NCBI GenBank assembly: GCA_951406725.2
Contig: CATOCA020000001.1
Span: 9,176,001-9,240,000, forward strand
Direction: 5' to 3'
Source: Octopus vulgaris
Lineage: Eukaryota
DNA: 64,000 nucleotides
This document shows positions 11,701 through 24,289 of the stretch, in pieces. Numbering within the stretch: the stretch's first letter is position 1; each line of letters opens with the position of its first letter. The notes under the pieces were generated by a model. That model ran no database searches and was not told where the DNA came from. It worked only from the letters and a program-made list of their open reading frames with translations. Position numbers and translations under genes: made by a program.

Positions 11701-14111
11701 CGGGTTTTCACAGTCACAGCATACCTCCAGAGTTCTTGGTATTTCGTCATTGCCTCTGTGAGGCCCAACATTCGAAGGTCATGCTTGACCACCACATCCC
11801 ATGTATTCCTGGGTCTACCTCTACCCTGGATTCCTTCAACTGTTTGGGAGTGGCATTTCTTCACACATCTCTCCTCATCCATCTGTAGTACATGACCATA
11901 CCAGTGCAAATGTCTCTTTTGCACGCCACATCCAATGCTTCTTATGTCCAGTATTTCTCTCAGGACACTTACACTCTGTCATGTGTGCACACTAACATTA
12001 CACATCCAGCGGATCATGCTAGCTTCATTTCTTTCAAGCCTATGCATGTCCTCTGCAGTCACAGCCTATGTTTCACTACCGTGAAGCATTGTAGTTCACA
12101 CATGTGTCGTACAATCTACCATTCACTCTGAGCGAGAGACCCTTTGTCACTAGTAGGGGTAGAAGCTTTCTGAACTTTGCCCAGGCTATTTGTATTCTAG
12201 TGGTGACGCTCTATGAGAATCCACCTCCACTACTAACTTGGTCACCTAGGTAGTGGAAACTATCAACTACTTCTAGTTTCTCTCCCTGAAGTGTGATGGA
12301 ATCTGTTTTCTGAGTATCTGTGGTGTCTATTGCCCCTGTGCATCTGCCGCCACACAAAAGCTATCATCTCGGTTAATTTTCCTCTGATGTTGCTGCACCC
12401 CTTATGCATCCATAGCTTACATTGGGTACATCTTATGGAGTTTCTACCTACACCTTTTCTACAGATTGAGGAGGGGGTGATGAGGTCGCCTTCCTACTTA
12501 GTAGAACTTTAGTCTTTGATACATTGACTCTAAGGTGTTTTGATTCGAAACCTTGCTTCCACAGCCGAAATTTCTTTTCTAGTTCCGGTAGTGATTCTGC
12601 TATGAGGGCCAGGTCATCAGCATAGAGGAGCTCCCAGGGGCAACCTGTCTTGAATTCCTCTGTTATTGCCTAGAGGACAATGATGAATAAAAGGGACTGA
12701 GGCCTGAACCTTGGTGGATCCCTACTTCTACCCGGAATTCTTTACGATACTCGTTGCTAATCCTAACCTTACTAACGGCCTCTCGGCATAGGGCCTGTAC
12801 AGCCCTTATTAACCATTCGTCAATCTCCAATTTCCACATTGCCCACCAGATAAGGGATCGGGGAACCCTGTCAAAGGCTTTCTCCAAGTCCACAAAAGCT
12901 AAGTACAGGGGTTTATCTTTAGCTAGGTATTTCTCCTGCAGTTGTCAAACCAGTAATATGGCATCAGTGGTGCTTCTACCCAGAACAAAACCAAACTGCA
13001 TCTCATCTAAGCAGACTCTCTCCCTAATGAGATGGGCTATGACCCTCTCTGTGACAGTCATCACCTGATCCAGCAGTTTAATACCCTTATAGTTATTTCT
13101 ATCTAGGGCATCACCTTTACCCTTGTAGCAGTTGACTATGGTGCTGCTACGCCAGTCATTGGGTATGGCTCCATGTTGAACTACCTGGTTTACAATGCAT
13201 GTGACTAGGCCATAGCCCACTCCACCAGGTGTTTTAAGCATCTCAGCAGTGATTCCTGATAGGCTGGGGGCTTTTCCTGGCTTCATACCCTTAATTGCTT
13301 TACCTACTAGGGAGCTGTCTATTCGGATAGCTGGTCCTTCAACTGGATTAACATTTGGCAGGCTCTTCTCCTCCCATTCATTCTCTACATTCAGCAGTCT
13401 TTCATAATAGCTTCTCCAAGCCTCTTTCTTTGCAGAAACATTAAATGCACGTCTTTTCAGAAACTTAATGTTTCTATAACATAGATTCTCAACAAAAAAT
13501 TTTTTCCTCAATGTAAATCAAACTCTTTCGTGCCCAAAGTAATGTGTGTGTGTGTGTGAGAGAGAGGGGGGCAGGGAGAAAGACGAACGATTTAAAATAA
13601 ATATATTTTAATTGTTGTGTGAGAAAGTATATATAATCTGATTATAAAGTATAGTGTCTTTCAAAAACATCCTAAATTTGAATACTATATCTCGTGTATA
13701 AGAAAAAAAAAACATTTTACATTTTTATTTTTGGTGAACACTGTCACTTACTCTCTCTCTCTCCCTCACACACACACACACACAACAACACGCAACATCT
13801 GTCTCCCTCACACACACACATACATACATCAACACAACTTCTCTCTCCCTCACACACACACACACACATTTTCACTTCGTTATGGCAAGAAGGGACTTAA
13901 CTCATGTTAGCAAACTTCAAAATTGGTAAAAGTTAAGGCTGAAAATCGATTTTTACTACTACCCGCTGGTGCTTCGGGGAAAATAATTTGACAAAAATAG
14001 AGTTAGGTTCGTGACAAATGTCCTCCTAAAATTGGAGCGACATGCTTGCTAATTTGTGGACGTGCATAAATTACATTCACGTACACACATCCTGCCTTTT
14101 ATATATACAGA
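8788..14111 (-). mobile_element. Helitron with degenerate RepHel helicase domain, interrupted by an RTE LINE
   Basis: Minus-strand 3' hairpin CCGGGCAACACCGGG + CTAG ending at 8788; 5' TCTGTATATATAAAA starting at 14111. ORFs 9166-10564 carry PIF1 motifs (ALAVASSGIAATLLPGGRT, ERTILAPKN, PIMLIRNL, QFPV..FAMSINNSQGQT). Confidence 0.85.
11168..13450 (-). mobile_element. RTE LINE (PHD-containing family), 5'-truncated
   Basis: ORFs 12945-13511, 12663-12893 and 11688-11924 (DLEKAFDRVP, HQGS, LYADD region, WYGHV, RGRP). (CAT)n on + is the (GAT)n tail. Homologous to 55610-58645. Confidence 0.93.
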
Positions 14112-14147
14112 TAAATACCAACAACATTATCCATATACGCATATACA

Positions 14148-14910
14148 TCATCATCATCATCATCGTCGTTTAACGTCCGCTTTCCATGCTTGTATGAGTT
14201 GGACGGTTTGACTGTCGGCTGGTGAACCAGATGGCTGCACCAAGCTCCAGTCTTGATCTGGCAGAGTTTCTACAGCTGGATGCCCTTCCGAATGCCAACC
14301 ACTTTGAGAGTGTAGTGGGTGCTTTTACGTGCCACTGGCATGGGGGCCAGACAGGCAGTACTGGCAACGACCTCGCTCGAATTTGTTTTTACACATGCCA
14401 ACGGCACAGGTGCCAGTAAGGAGATGCTGGTAACGATCCCGCTCGAATGGTGCCTCCTACATGCCTCCTATAAGCCAGATAGCCGCTCTGGCAATGATCA
14501 CACTCAGATGGTGCTCTTAGCACCCTACTAGCACAGGACACAAGTGCCAGTAAGGCGAAGCTGGCAACGACCACGCTCATATGGTGCTCGTGCCCGTCAT
14601 CGAATTTTACTTTGATTTTGATTTCTGTTTTGATTTCACTTGCCTCAACAGGTCTTCGCAAGCAGAGATTAGTGTTCAGAGAAAGAAAAGGTACGCACAC
14701 GTGGGCTGGTTACACCCCTGGCACAGGCAAACGAGGTTATGGTCTCATTTGGCTTGCCGGGTCTTCTCAAGCACAGCATATTTCCAAAGGTCTCGGTCAC
14801 TAGTCATTTCCTTGGTGAGGCCTAAAGTTCGAAGGTCGTGCTTCCCCACTTCATCCCAGGTCTTCCTGGGTCTACCTCTTCCACAGGTTCCCTCAACCGC
14901 TAGGGTGTGG
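14148..14910 (-). mobile_element. RTE LINE 3' end (ORF end + 3' UTR with about 5 hairpin units)
   Basis: Shares 3' UTR and (GAT)n tail with the 55610-58645 copy. Confidence 0.9.
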
Positions 14911-15509
14911 AAATATAAACTAATGAACTAATGAAATAACTAGAAATAAACATCTGTATATTCAAGTGCATATAGAGATACTAATATATAAACAAGATAC
15001 ACCCATACATGTATTCACGTGCATAAACACATAAGCAAATTTATTTCACCTTTATATTTTTATTCATTCTTTATTCCTTATTTCTGCTTACTTATTTACC
15101 TTATTTTATTTTATTTATTATGTTTTATAAATACCAACAATGTTATCCATATATAGATATCCACATACACATAATATAATCCATGTATGCATATACACGC
15201 ACATGCATTCACGCATAAACAAATTTTACTTCCCCTTTATTTCTATTTTTTATCCTTATCCTATTTATTCTATATTCATTATTTCTGCTACCTTATTTAT
15301 TTTATTTTATTATATATTTTAATCATGTACTTTTACTCTTCTATAATTTAGTTGATTATTATCATTATTATTATTAAACTTCAATATAAATATCAAATAA
15401 TGTGTGAATGAACTTTTATTGTTACTCTTATGTATTTATGTACATTAATAAAAAACTTAGAAAGTAACATATATACACATGTAAGTTGACTTATATGTGT
15501 ATATATGTT

Positions 15510-15787
15510 ACGGACGGGCTGCGTATTGTGTTCTTGAGCAAGGCACTTTATTTCACGTTGCTTCAGTTCACTCAGCTGTAGAAATGAGTTGCGACGTCAC
15601 TGGTGCCAAGCTGTATCGACCTTTGTCTTTCCCTTGGATAACACTGGTGGCGTGGAGAGGGGAGGCTGGTATGCATGGGCGACTGCTGGCCTTCCATAAA
15701 CAACCTCGCCCGGACTTGTGTCTAGGAGGGTAACTTTCTAGGTGCAATCCCATGGTCATTCATGACCGAAGGGGGGTCTTTACCCTT
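15510..15787 (+). mobile_element. SINE, 5'-truncated, with 14-bp TSD
   Basis: CORE-like GTGTTCTTGAGCAAGGCACTT body. TAAGTTGACTTATA occurs at both 15482-15495 and 15788-15801. Confidence 0.75.
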
Positions 15788-16474
15788 TAAGTTGACTTAT
15801 AAACCATTGGCATCCATAATTATTGTGTGTATGTATATCTGTACCTGTGTATGTGCGTCTGTGTGTGTGTGTGCGTGCGTATATATAAATATGAGCATAG
15901 ACATGCGCACACACATATACAAACATGAACATAAACTTTATTTCTCTTTCACTTTAATTTTATTTCATTTTATTCAGTAAATAATGTTCCTCTTACAAAG
16001 TATAAATCATTATTCATGATTATTATTATTAGTAATATTGAATTTTAAAATAAATGAATATTTTTAATGCATGCATGCACACACACATATACATAGTAAA
16101 CATAAATATATTTTCTGTGTATATTTGAATATTCCAGTAAATCGCTATGTAGTTCACAAATTGTCCTTTTATGCACCCTGAAAATTTTCACCAAAGGCAT
16201 TTAAAATGCAAAATTTATTTATATGTATCTATATATATAAAAGAGAGAGTTAATTCATTTGTTTGTCAACCAAAATGAAACTAAATGGTTCAAGGGAAGC
16301 TATTATGTTTTATCTATCTATATATATATTAGCTGATGTACCCAGTAATTCCTGGGAAAGCAGGGCTTATCTCCTTGTTCTGTTCTTAATCCAATAAGTA
16401 GCATATGCAAAATGGTATTAAGGAAGGGTAGGAAAATATTAGATTTATAAGCCCAAAAATTCACTCCATAACTG

Positions 16475-16632
16475 CCCACGGGCTTATGGCACAGTGGTTA
16501 AGTGCGCGCACAGGCTACTAACCCCAGATTCCGAGTTCAATTCCAGGCGAAATGAGGGTATATCAGCCAAAACATTGTGTTAACAAGACAAGCAAGATGA
16601 GGACAAATATCCGTCAAATGTAAATAATGTAC
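16475..16632 (+). mobile_element. tRNA-headed SINE fragment with 3' half of a hammerhead-like motif
   Basis: TGGCACAGTGG (A box) and GAGTTCAATTCC (B box), then GAGGGTATATCAGCCAAAACATTGTGT. Confidence 0.6.
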
Positions 16633-16840
16633 AGCTGTATACTGTTTAAAAGTTGATAGGTTGAAATAAATTTTACAACCTACAATTTGTATTTTTATTA
16701 AACAATTTATTTTAGAAAAACAAAGAAAACAACTATGTGAAGATTTTGGGGTAAAAAGCAAAATTAACAAAGATGAAATGTAATGAATATAAATAAATTA
16801 TTTTACAGGTTTGTAATAGAATTTTAAGCTTTCAACTTAC

Positions 16841-17092
16841 ATTCTACATTGATCCAATGTCTTTTATGTAATTCTCTTTTACTGCACTTGTTAGAAGCAT
16901 AACAAGTGTAAACCTCATTATTGTGTGTTCGATTGAGTTGAGGAAATGTGAAATTTTGTGAGGTTTTGTTACTTGGATCCCACCTGTAGCTGTACTTTTC
17001 TGGATATTCATTTATTGCCTTACAATGCAAAATGCCTTTGTCACCTTCAAGAAAGGGTTCATCAGCCTTGATTTCTATTGTTTTAGGTGGAT
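16841..17092 (-). CDS. Ig-superfamily protein, internal Ig-domain exon (phase 1-1)
   Basis: ttatacag| acceptor and |gtaagt donor, 252 nt, open frame: (Y)PPKTIEIKADEPFLEGDKGILHCKAINEYPEKYSYRW..FTFPQLNRTHNNEVYTCYASN. Shows the Ig C..W..YxC pattern. Confidence 0.88.
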
Positions 17093-17959
17093 CTGTATAA
17101 AAGGAAATCAGATTATTTACGTAAATACTTGCATAAAGATATTTTATTTTTTGCTGTTACATTGGCAATTAATATTCCAAGTTGCATTAAATATAAAGTG
17201 ATGCGTAAAAAATGAGAAAATTTTAAATAAATTCTATTAGTATTGCAATCTTTTACACTGAAAGAAATGTCCAATACAAATTTTCAAATCCTAACCAATA
17301 TATTAGAAAATACACATCTATATAAAAAATACTTGTATCCAAGAATTTCATCAGACTACCATTTAAGTTTTGAAGATGCTGGCAAAATTTAATTAGCAAG
17401 ACACAAAGTTTCAGGAAAAGGATGCAGAATAAAAGGCAACATTGAATATAAGCCTACATAAGTTCCACAACTACTATCATTAAATAAAATAAAATAAAAA
17501 TATGTATGATGAAATATTACATTTTTGTAAATTGGGACTGCTGATAATGATAGAATTGTAATAAAATAAGGGAAGTTTAATGTCAAACTGAAATACCACA
17601 ATATAGGTGTTTTAAAAAAGGAATTTATGAAAATTTGTTGGTGCAGGCTTTTCATAATGTTTTACCTACATTTTGCAAAACTTCATAAATTGCATTACAT
17701 TATAAATTTCTTTTTTACCTTCCTCAAAACAGATATTTTTTCCATACCTACCAGATCTCAAGAGCACAGAGAATTTTTTAATTGTGCTGTTATCTAATAT
17801 CCATTTTAATTCCCAGAGTAAAACCAAGTGGTAAGATTAGCTGTAATGGATCTATAATACAGTACATTTTGACTATTAACAAATATAAGTGAGCTTATTT
17901 TTTTCTGACATATGGATTCTTAATATGTATATATCTTCCTCAAAACAGACATGCACTAT

Positions 17960-20500
17960 CATCATAGAGAGGATGATAATCATCATTGCTGCCACTTCCA
18001 CTGCCACTATCATCTTGTGTCTGCTTTCCATGCTAGCATGGACAATACATTTTAACAAGGTCCTGCAGGCCAGAGAACCACATCTTGCTTAAAAGTCAGT
18101 TTTAGCATGCTTTCTGTATACCTTTCCTAATGCCAACCACTTTACAGAGTTGACTTGGCGCTATTTTCATAGCATCAACTCTAATGAAGTTCCTTTGTAA
18201 CTTGCAAGACTGAAGAGCTATTCAACTAATGGGGAAGATAAGAGATAGGGTGGATGCTTTAAGCAAGGAGTTGAGATGTTAAAGTATCACTGTGGAGGGT
18301 GGCAGAAAGATGTGTGGCAACTATTTATTTTGCATCAATGGGTGGGAAGGACTGGAATGGGACTCAAGAGGTAAAAATGGTGATGACAAGGTAACAGAAC
18401 ATACATGCATGGTAACATGTCCAAGAGATAAATGGAAGAGAGAAGGATAGAGGAGAATAATGAAGGTTTGCAGATAAGGCTGTAAGAGTGTGAAAGGAGA
18501 GTGAGGTGGATATAAAGATGAGGTGAATGAGGTGAGTAGTATATAGAAGGTAAATGTAGAGAAGGGTGAAGAAGGGCGGAGGGAACCAGTATGAGTGGGG
18601 TGCAGTTGAGAATGAGGAATGAAGACTGACTGAGAATAGTATGGAGGAGAAGAGTGGTGATCAGCAGTACAGAGATGGCAATGGTATGGTGCATAGAAGC
18701 AGGTTCTATATCAGTTTCTTACAAGAGCAGAAAAATGTAGTATATTGGGAAATGATAGAGGGATGTGTGATAGAGTGATGAGGGATAGAACTCAGGTTGC
18801 AAGTGGAGGAGACTGAGGGGATAGGATACTGGATGTAGAATTAGAGATTGCGAGTGAGATGTGAGGACAGGATGACAGAAGTGGAGTTGAGGTTGTGAGT
18901 GAAGTGAATGTGAAAATTGGAAACCAACAAGGAAAGGAATGTAGTCATGGATGACAAAAATGAGGAATGAGTATCAATAGGAAGTGGCAGCGATCCAGAA
19001 GTTACAAATGAAGATGAGAGTTTAAGATGGATATTAACAAGGGTGAGGTAGGGATTGTCAATTGTTAGAATGAGGAGAATGGAAGTGGCTTGGAGGGGGA
19101 ACTCAGTTCTCTGGATAGATGGGGGAGACTCAGGTGCATAGTGTACATATATATATATATTACGCTTTGAGAGCCTTAGCCATGATGTGCAATCATAGGA
19201 AGGTAAATCATGTTGAGTGCTGCATATCACTAATCAACTTGGTTTGTCATCTCTTCCATGAGTGCCAGCATCCTCATCCCATGTCTTTCTCTCACACAGG
19301 TTTCATCTACTGTGAGTGATCATTACTTTTCTATACAACTGTCTTCATCCATACATATCACATACCCAAACTAATGTATACTACATTTAATTCTTGGCCA
19401 GTTGTTCCCTCAACACATTTGTATTCCATCAGTTTTGCACACTAACATTGCATATCCAGTGGAGCATGAATGCTTTATCTATTTCTAGTCTTTTCAGGTC
19501 CTCCACATTCAAGGCTCATGTCTCACGATCATGGAGCATTTCAAGTTGAAAAAAGCATCATAAGGTCAGCTTTTCACACTGAGAGAAAAACTTTATGCTT
19601 ATGACAGAAGTAATAAATCCATGGACTTTCTCTACTCAGATTTTACATTGGCTACTACACTTTGAGAACAACTTCCACCAATACTGTTTTGATCACCTAG
19701 ATAACAAAAGCTCTCTATTACATCTAGAAATCTTCCTGGGCTTTTGAAGGCATCATTTCTCATGTTCACTTAAAGTTTATTGCTCCAGCACACCTGCTAC
19801 ATACAATGTCCACTTTGTCAACCTACCCATAATTCCATTGTATCTCTTGCACATACACAGTTTGCACTGGATACACTATATCAACTTTCCACCCATTCCT
19901 TTTTTTACATATGAAACAAGGTAATTATCCAGATGGACGAAGGGTCTTGTATGTTTTCTGATTTACTAAGATTTGAATGTTTACCAAGGTAATGAGGCCC
20001 TTTGATTCCATGCTTTGCTTTCACACCTGTAATGTTTTCCCAGTCTTACTCCAGCTTCAGCCATAAAAAAGAGAACATGAGCAAATAAGAATTCCTGTAG
20101 ACACCTAATCTTAAACTCCCCTGGAGGTCTTTGATAAATAGAAAGAGACTAAGCACTGATGGTATCCTACCTAGACACTAAAGTCATCACTGTACTCATC
20201 GCTATTTCTCATATTGCTGACAATACACCTGTATATGGATTGTATGGCTCACATAAGCAATTATTATACTCCTAGCTTCATCAATAATTACTAGATCCCC
20301 AAATGAGTAACCTCTGTCAAAGGCTTTCTCTAGGTCAACAGGTTCTTCACTTGTTGACTGACTAGGAATATGATATCAGTACTTCTTTTTTCCAGAACAA
20401 AACTGAACTGCATCTCATCTAGTTTAACTGTCAATTATCAACAGAGCTATAACTCTTTTTCTGACTTTGATGAACTAGTCCAGTAATTTGATATCCCTCT
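17960..20500 (-). mobile_element. Old degenerate RTE LINE with long purine-rich (+ strand) tract in its 3' region
   Basis: Diverged homology to the PHD-RTE (e.g. TCAAAGGCTTTCTCTAGGTCAAC, AACTGCATCTCATCTAG, GATCACCTAGATAAC). No intact ORF. Confidence 0.7.
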
Positions 20501-20921
20501 AATTACTGATCTCTTTTCCTAAATAAAATTTAAAGAGCTCCCAGATATTTAGCCATAAGTCTTTAAATCTTTAAACTGTTTCAGCTTCAAAGTTCTGGTC
20601 ATGCTGGGGCACTATTTATAATGGCATTTGACCATAAGTTTATTTCCTCTGTATATTCAACTTGCATGATAAAACTACACAAATTCCAACAATGCAATTA
20701 GATACATAGTTCCAGAAGAATAAAACAATGCTCACCTGGTTTGGAATCACAGGATATTATATATTTTCTCCCTTCACTCAAAAACCTACAGCCAAACCAA
20801 CCAACATATACAAAAGACTAGAATCGTACAGTTAAAATTTTTTTTTCATATTGGAATTAAAAAAAGAAAATGATAAAAACAGAAGATAAAAAATTTCAAA
20901 AGATGCTCCACTTATACTCAC

Positions 20922-21176
20922 AATGAATAGTTAAATTCTTTTCACGAGACACATTTGCAGCAATATGAATGCCCAGACACTTGACTGTTTGATGAGATTT
21001 GGAAGGTATTACATTAATTTCAACTTCTTCTTTACTAGTATTTGAGTATTTTTCATACTTCAGGGTTACACTTGCTGGTGGATTACCACCTTTCCAACTG
21101 CAGTGGAATTTGGTTGGAGTATCAACACATACTTTTCCTCCAGAAACATCTAGTATCATACTGTCTTCTGGAGAAT
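20922..21176 (-). CDS. Ig-superfamily protein, Ig (C2-set/nephrin-like) exon (phase 1-1)
   Basis: atag| acceptor and |gtgagt donor, 255 nt: SPEDSMILDVSGGKVCVDTPTKFHCSWKGGNPPASVTL..HQTVKCLGIH..KNLTIH. Splices in frame to 17092 (T+AT=Tyr, giving ..TIHYPPK). Confidence 0.88.
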
Positions 21177-21389
21177 CTATGAATTTCAGAACATAAAGAG
21201 TTAAAAGAAAAACAAACAAAATCAAATTAGTGCACTTAATAAAAGAACAAAAAAGTAAAGAAAAAAACAAACCAGAAGTATATTTTGAAGAAAATGAGCA
21301 ATTTTTCAAAATTTTAAAAATATGTTTCTAATAATAAAGATTTGAACATTGGTCACATTTGTAATAAATCAGGCACAATTTTGAGAGGA

Positions 21390-22880
21390 GGGGCAATGTC
21401 AATATCAATGACCCAAGATGGGTTCTCTCTTTTACTGGCCTTGAAGAAATGAAAGTCAAAAAATCAATTTCAATAGAATTTGAACTCAGAATGTAAACAG
21501 GCCTAACTAAATAATGAATTTTATTTTCTCCCATCTTCTGCTGATGCTGCATATTTACCACATTAATTACTTTGGATTTTAGGGCAGTGAGCGGGCAGAA
21601 CTATTAGCATACCAGGCAAAATGCTTAGTGGCATTTCAACCAACTTTAGATTCTGAGGTCAAATTTTGCTGAGATGAACTTTGCATTTCATCCTTCCAGG
21701 GTCAATAAAATAAGTACCAAGTAGGACACTGGAGTCAACGTAATCAACTTACTCCAACTCCTAAAATTGCAGGCCTTGTGCCAAAATATGGAACCAATAA
21801 TTACTTTTGGTTTTTGCAAAAGGCCAGCAATTTCGAGGTGAAGTGTGTTAGCTGATAACATCAACCACCTGACTTAATTTCTTTATTTTTATCAACATTG
21901 GAAGGACTAAGGGTGAATTTAATCTCACTAGGAAATGAATGCAAATATTGCAACACATCTTGTTTGACACATCTTGTCTGTCAGATTGATACCATAATAA
22001 TAATAATAACAATAATGATAATAATCTAAAACTAAAGGCACAAGGCCTGAAATTTGGTGGGAGGGGACTAAATAATTACATCAACCCCAGTATTTCACTT
22101 GTACTTAATTTATCAACCCCAAAAGGATTAAAGGCAAAGTCAACCTCTGAGGAATTAACTCAGAAAGTAGGAATGGGTGAAATACTGCTAAACATTTTGC
22201 CTGGTGTGCCAATGATTCTGCCAGCTTGCCATCTTGAATAACAATAACCCTATTATGGGCTCAAGGAGTGAAATTTTGAGGGAGGTGGGGTTAGCCAATT
22301 ACAATGACCCTAGTCATCTGTAAAGATGAAAGACAACCTCGTGCCATTTGAATTCAGAATATAAAGACAAATGAAATGTTGCAAACATTTTGTTTAGCAT
22401 GCTAATGGTCTTGTCAGTTCACTGCCTTAACAATAATAATAATGATTTCAAATTCTGGCTCAAAGTCAGCAATTTTGAGGGAGGGGCATGGTGATTACAT
22501 CTATCCCAGGGTTCAACTGGTACTTATTTTATCAACCTCGAAAAGTTGAAAGGTAAAGTTGACCTCAGCAAAATTTGAACTCAAAACATACAAATGGATG
22601 AAATGTTGCTAGGAATTTTGCCTGGTGTGCTTACAATTCTGCTAGCTTACTGCCACAATAATAATAATAATGATAATAATAATAATGATAATAATAATAA
22701 TGGTGACAGTTAGACAATTTTCCAGGAATTAGTCAATATCACCAATATTATATAATTTTATTTTGTTTTATCAACACCAAAAGAGTGAAAGGTACACCTG
22801 ACCATTGCAAGAATAGAACTCAGTACATAAAGTGTTGGAACAAACACCACAAAGCCTTTTTCTAATGCTTCAAAGATTCT
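21390..22880. mobile_element. Cluster of about 6-7 degenerate SINE copies separated by (AAT)n
   Basis: Recurrent AAAGGCAAAGTCAACCTC..GAATTTGAACTCAG and GGCACAAGGCC segments. Confidence 0.7.
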
Positions 22881-23099
22881 GCTAATTTGCTACATTAACA
22901 ACAACAGCTACAATTTCTTTCATTTGAAAGCTGGGTGATGGATGAGGGAGACAATACACAAAGATGAACATAAAATGTGGTGATTTAAATAGAATTGCAT
23001 GATAAAAATGTGTAGAAAACATACACAGTAAAAATACAAAACAAGGTAAAATGTATAGATAGTTGTTGGCACCACTCTGTCCAGATTTGTTTCATTTGA

Positions 23100-24270
23100 T
23101 GCCTCCACAATACTTAAACTTGACATGGCTCAGAAGGCCAAGTCAGGAATGGAACAACCTCACGCATTGACTGCATGGCAGGGTGGGTGTGGACTTGGCT
23201 GCAGTTGTCAGGCCTTGCATTGCTTTCTTTTGCTTCTTCTTCAGTCTTTCTCCTCAAAAGTAGAACAACTGAAATGAATTGCTCTTCGCCAAGGTGGACA
23301 GTTGACAATTTCAGTTTCCAGGTATTAAGGGTGATTGCAGCTTGAAGGATTGAAGACTTCAGTTGTTCTTTGAATCTGCAGTTTGGGGGTCTTCAATGCC
23401 ATTGACGAACTCACTGTAGAGGATGGGACTGTTCAGATGATATATGTCTTGACCACTTGAGGCAATGCAACTTGAGGATGGCAACTTCAATGCTTGGCAT
23501 TTCTGAATGATCGAGGACTTTGTAGATGACGTGTCAGTCCTGCCATTTGATATTGAGGATCTGTTAAAGCTTAGCTGGTTGGAAATGCTCAAACTTTTTC
23601 AAGTCTTTTCAATACAGAGTCCATGTCTCACATGTGTAGAGCAAGGTGAAGATGACAAGGACATGGAACACCATGAATTTTGTTCAGAGAGGGAGCCTGT
23701 GGTTGTTGAATACTTGCTTGCTGTGTCTTCTAAAAGCTAAATGAGTGGATTTGATTCTGTGGTCGATGTCCCTTTTGTATGGTCCAGATTGTGAGAGAGT
23801 GCTGCTGAGGTACTGGAAATAACTGATGACTTCCAGTGGTGCCCCCTTTGTTGACAGTAGCTTCTAGTATTTCTTGTCCAGGAACAGACTACACAAGTCT
23901 TTTCATTTTGTCCTCATTCACTTCCATCCCAAAGCAATGGTAGGCTTCTAAGACAAGAGTCAAACAGTGCTGGAGGTCAACAACAGAGGCAATAGGAGTA
24001 GCACTGTCATTTGTGTACTGGAACTTCTTGATGCTGCTATTTGATGTTCAAGTTTTGGATCTTAGGCGTGCCAGGTTATAGAGTCTGCTATGCAGGTGAT
24101 AGCGGATATTGACACTGAGAGAGTTATGTGAGATTTCATTGAACATCACTATCAGGTTGAAGGAGAACAAGGTAAGAGCCAAGATGCAGCCTTCTTTCAG
24201 ACCTCTGGAGATGGAGAATGATTCAGAAAGTGCATTTAGTTTGCAAACATCCTACCATGCCATCATAGAG
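23100..24270 (-). mobile_element. Degenerate RTE-type LINE (different subfamily)
   Basis: Minus strand gives remnants GLKEGCILAL, FQYTNDS, YLSS and (H)VIRMP..KLP, with many stops. Confidence 0.65.
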
Positions 24271-24289
24271 ATGTGAGATCTCACGTTGG

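Noticed and set aside
16475-16550. tRNA gene
   Set aside because: A and B boxes are present but there is no intact cloverleaf. It is a SINE head, like the other tRNA-like segments.
20736-20785. 50-nt segment with AG/GT signals between the two Ig exons
   Set aside because: Not a multiple of 3 and has an immediate stop in phase 1. It could be a poison exon, but nothing supports that.
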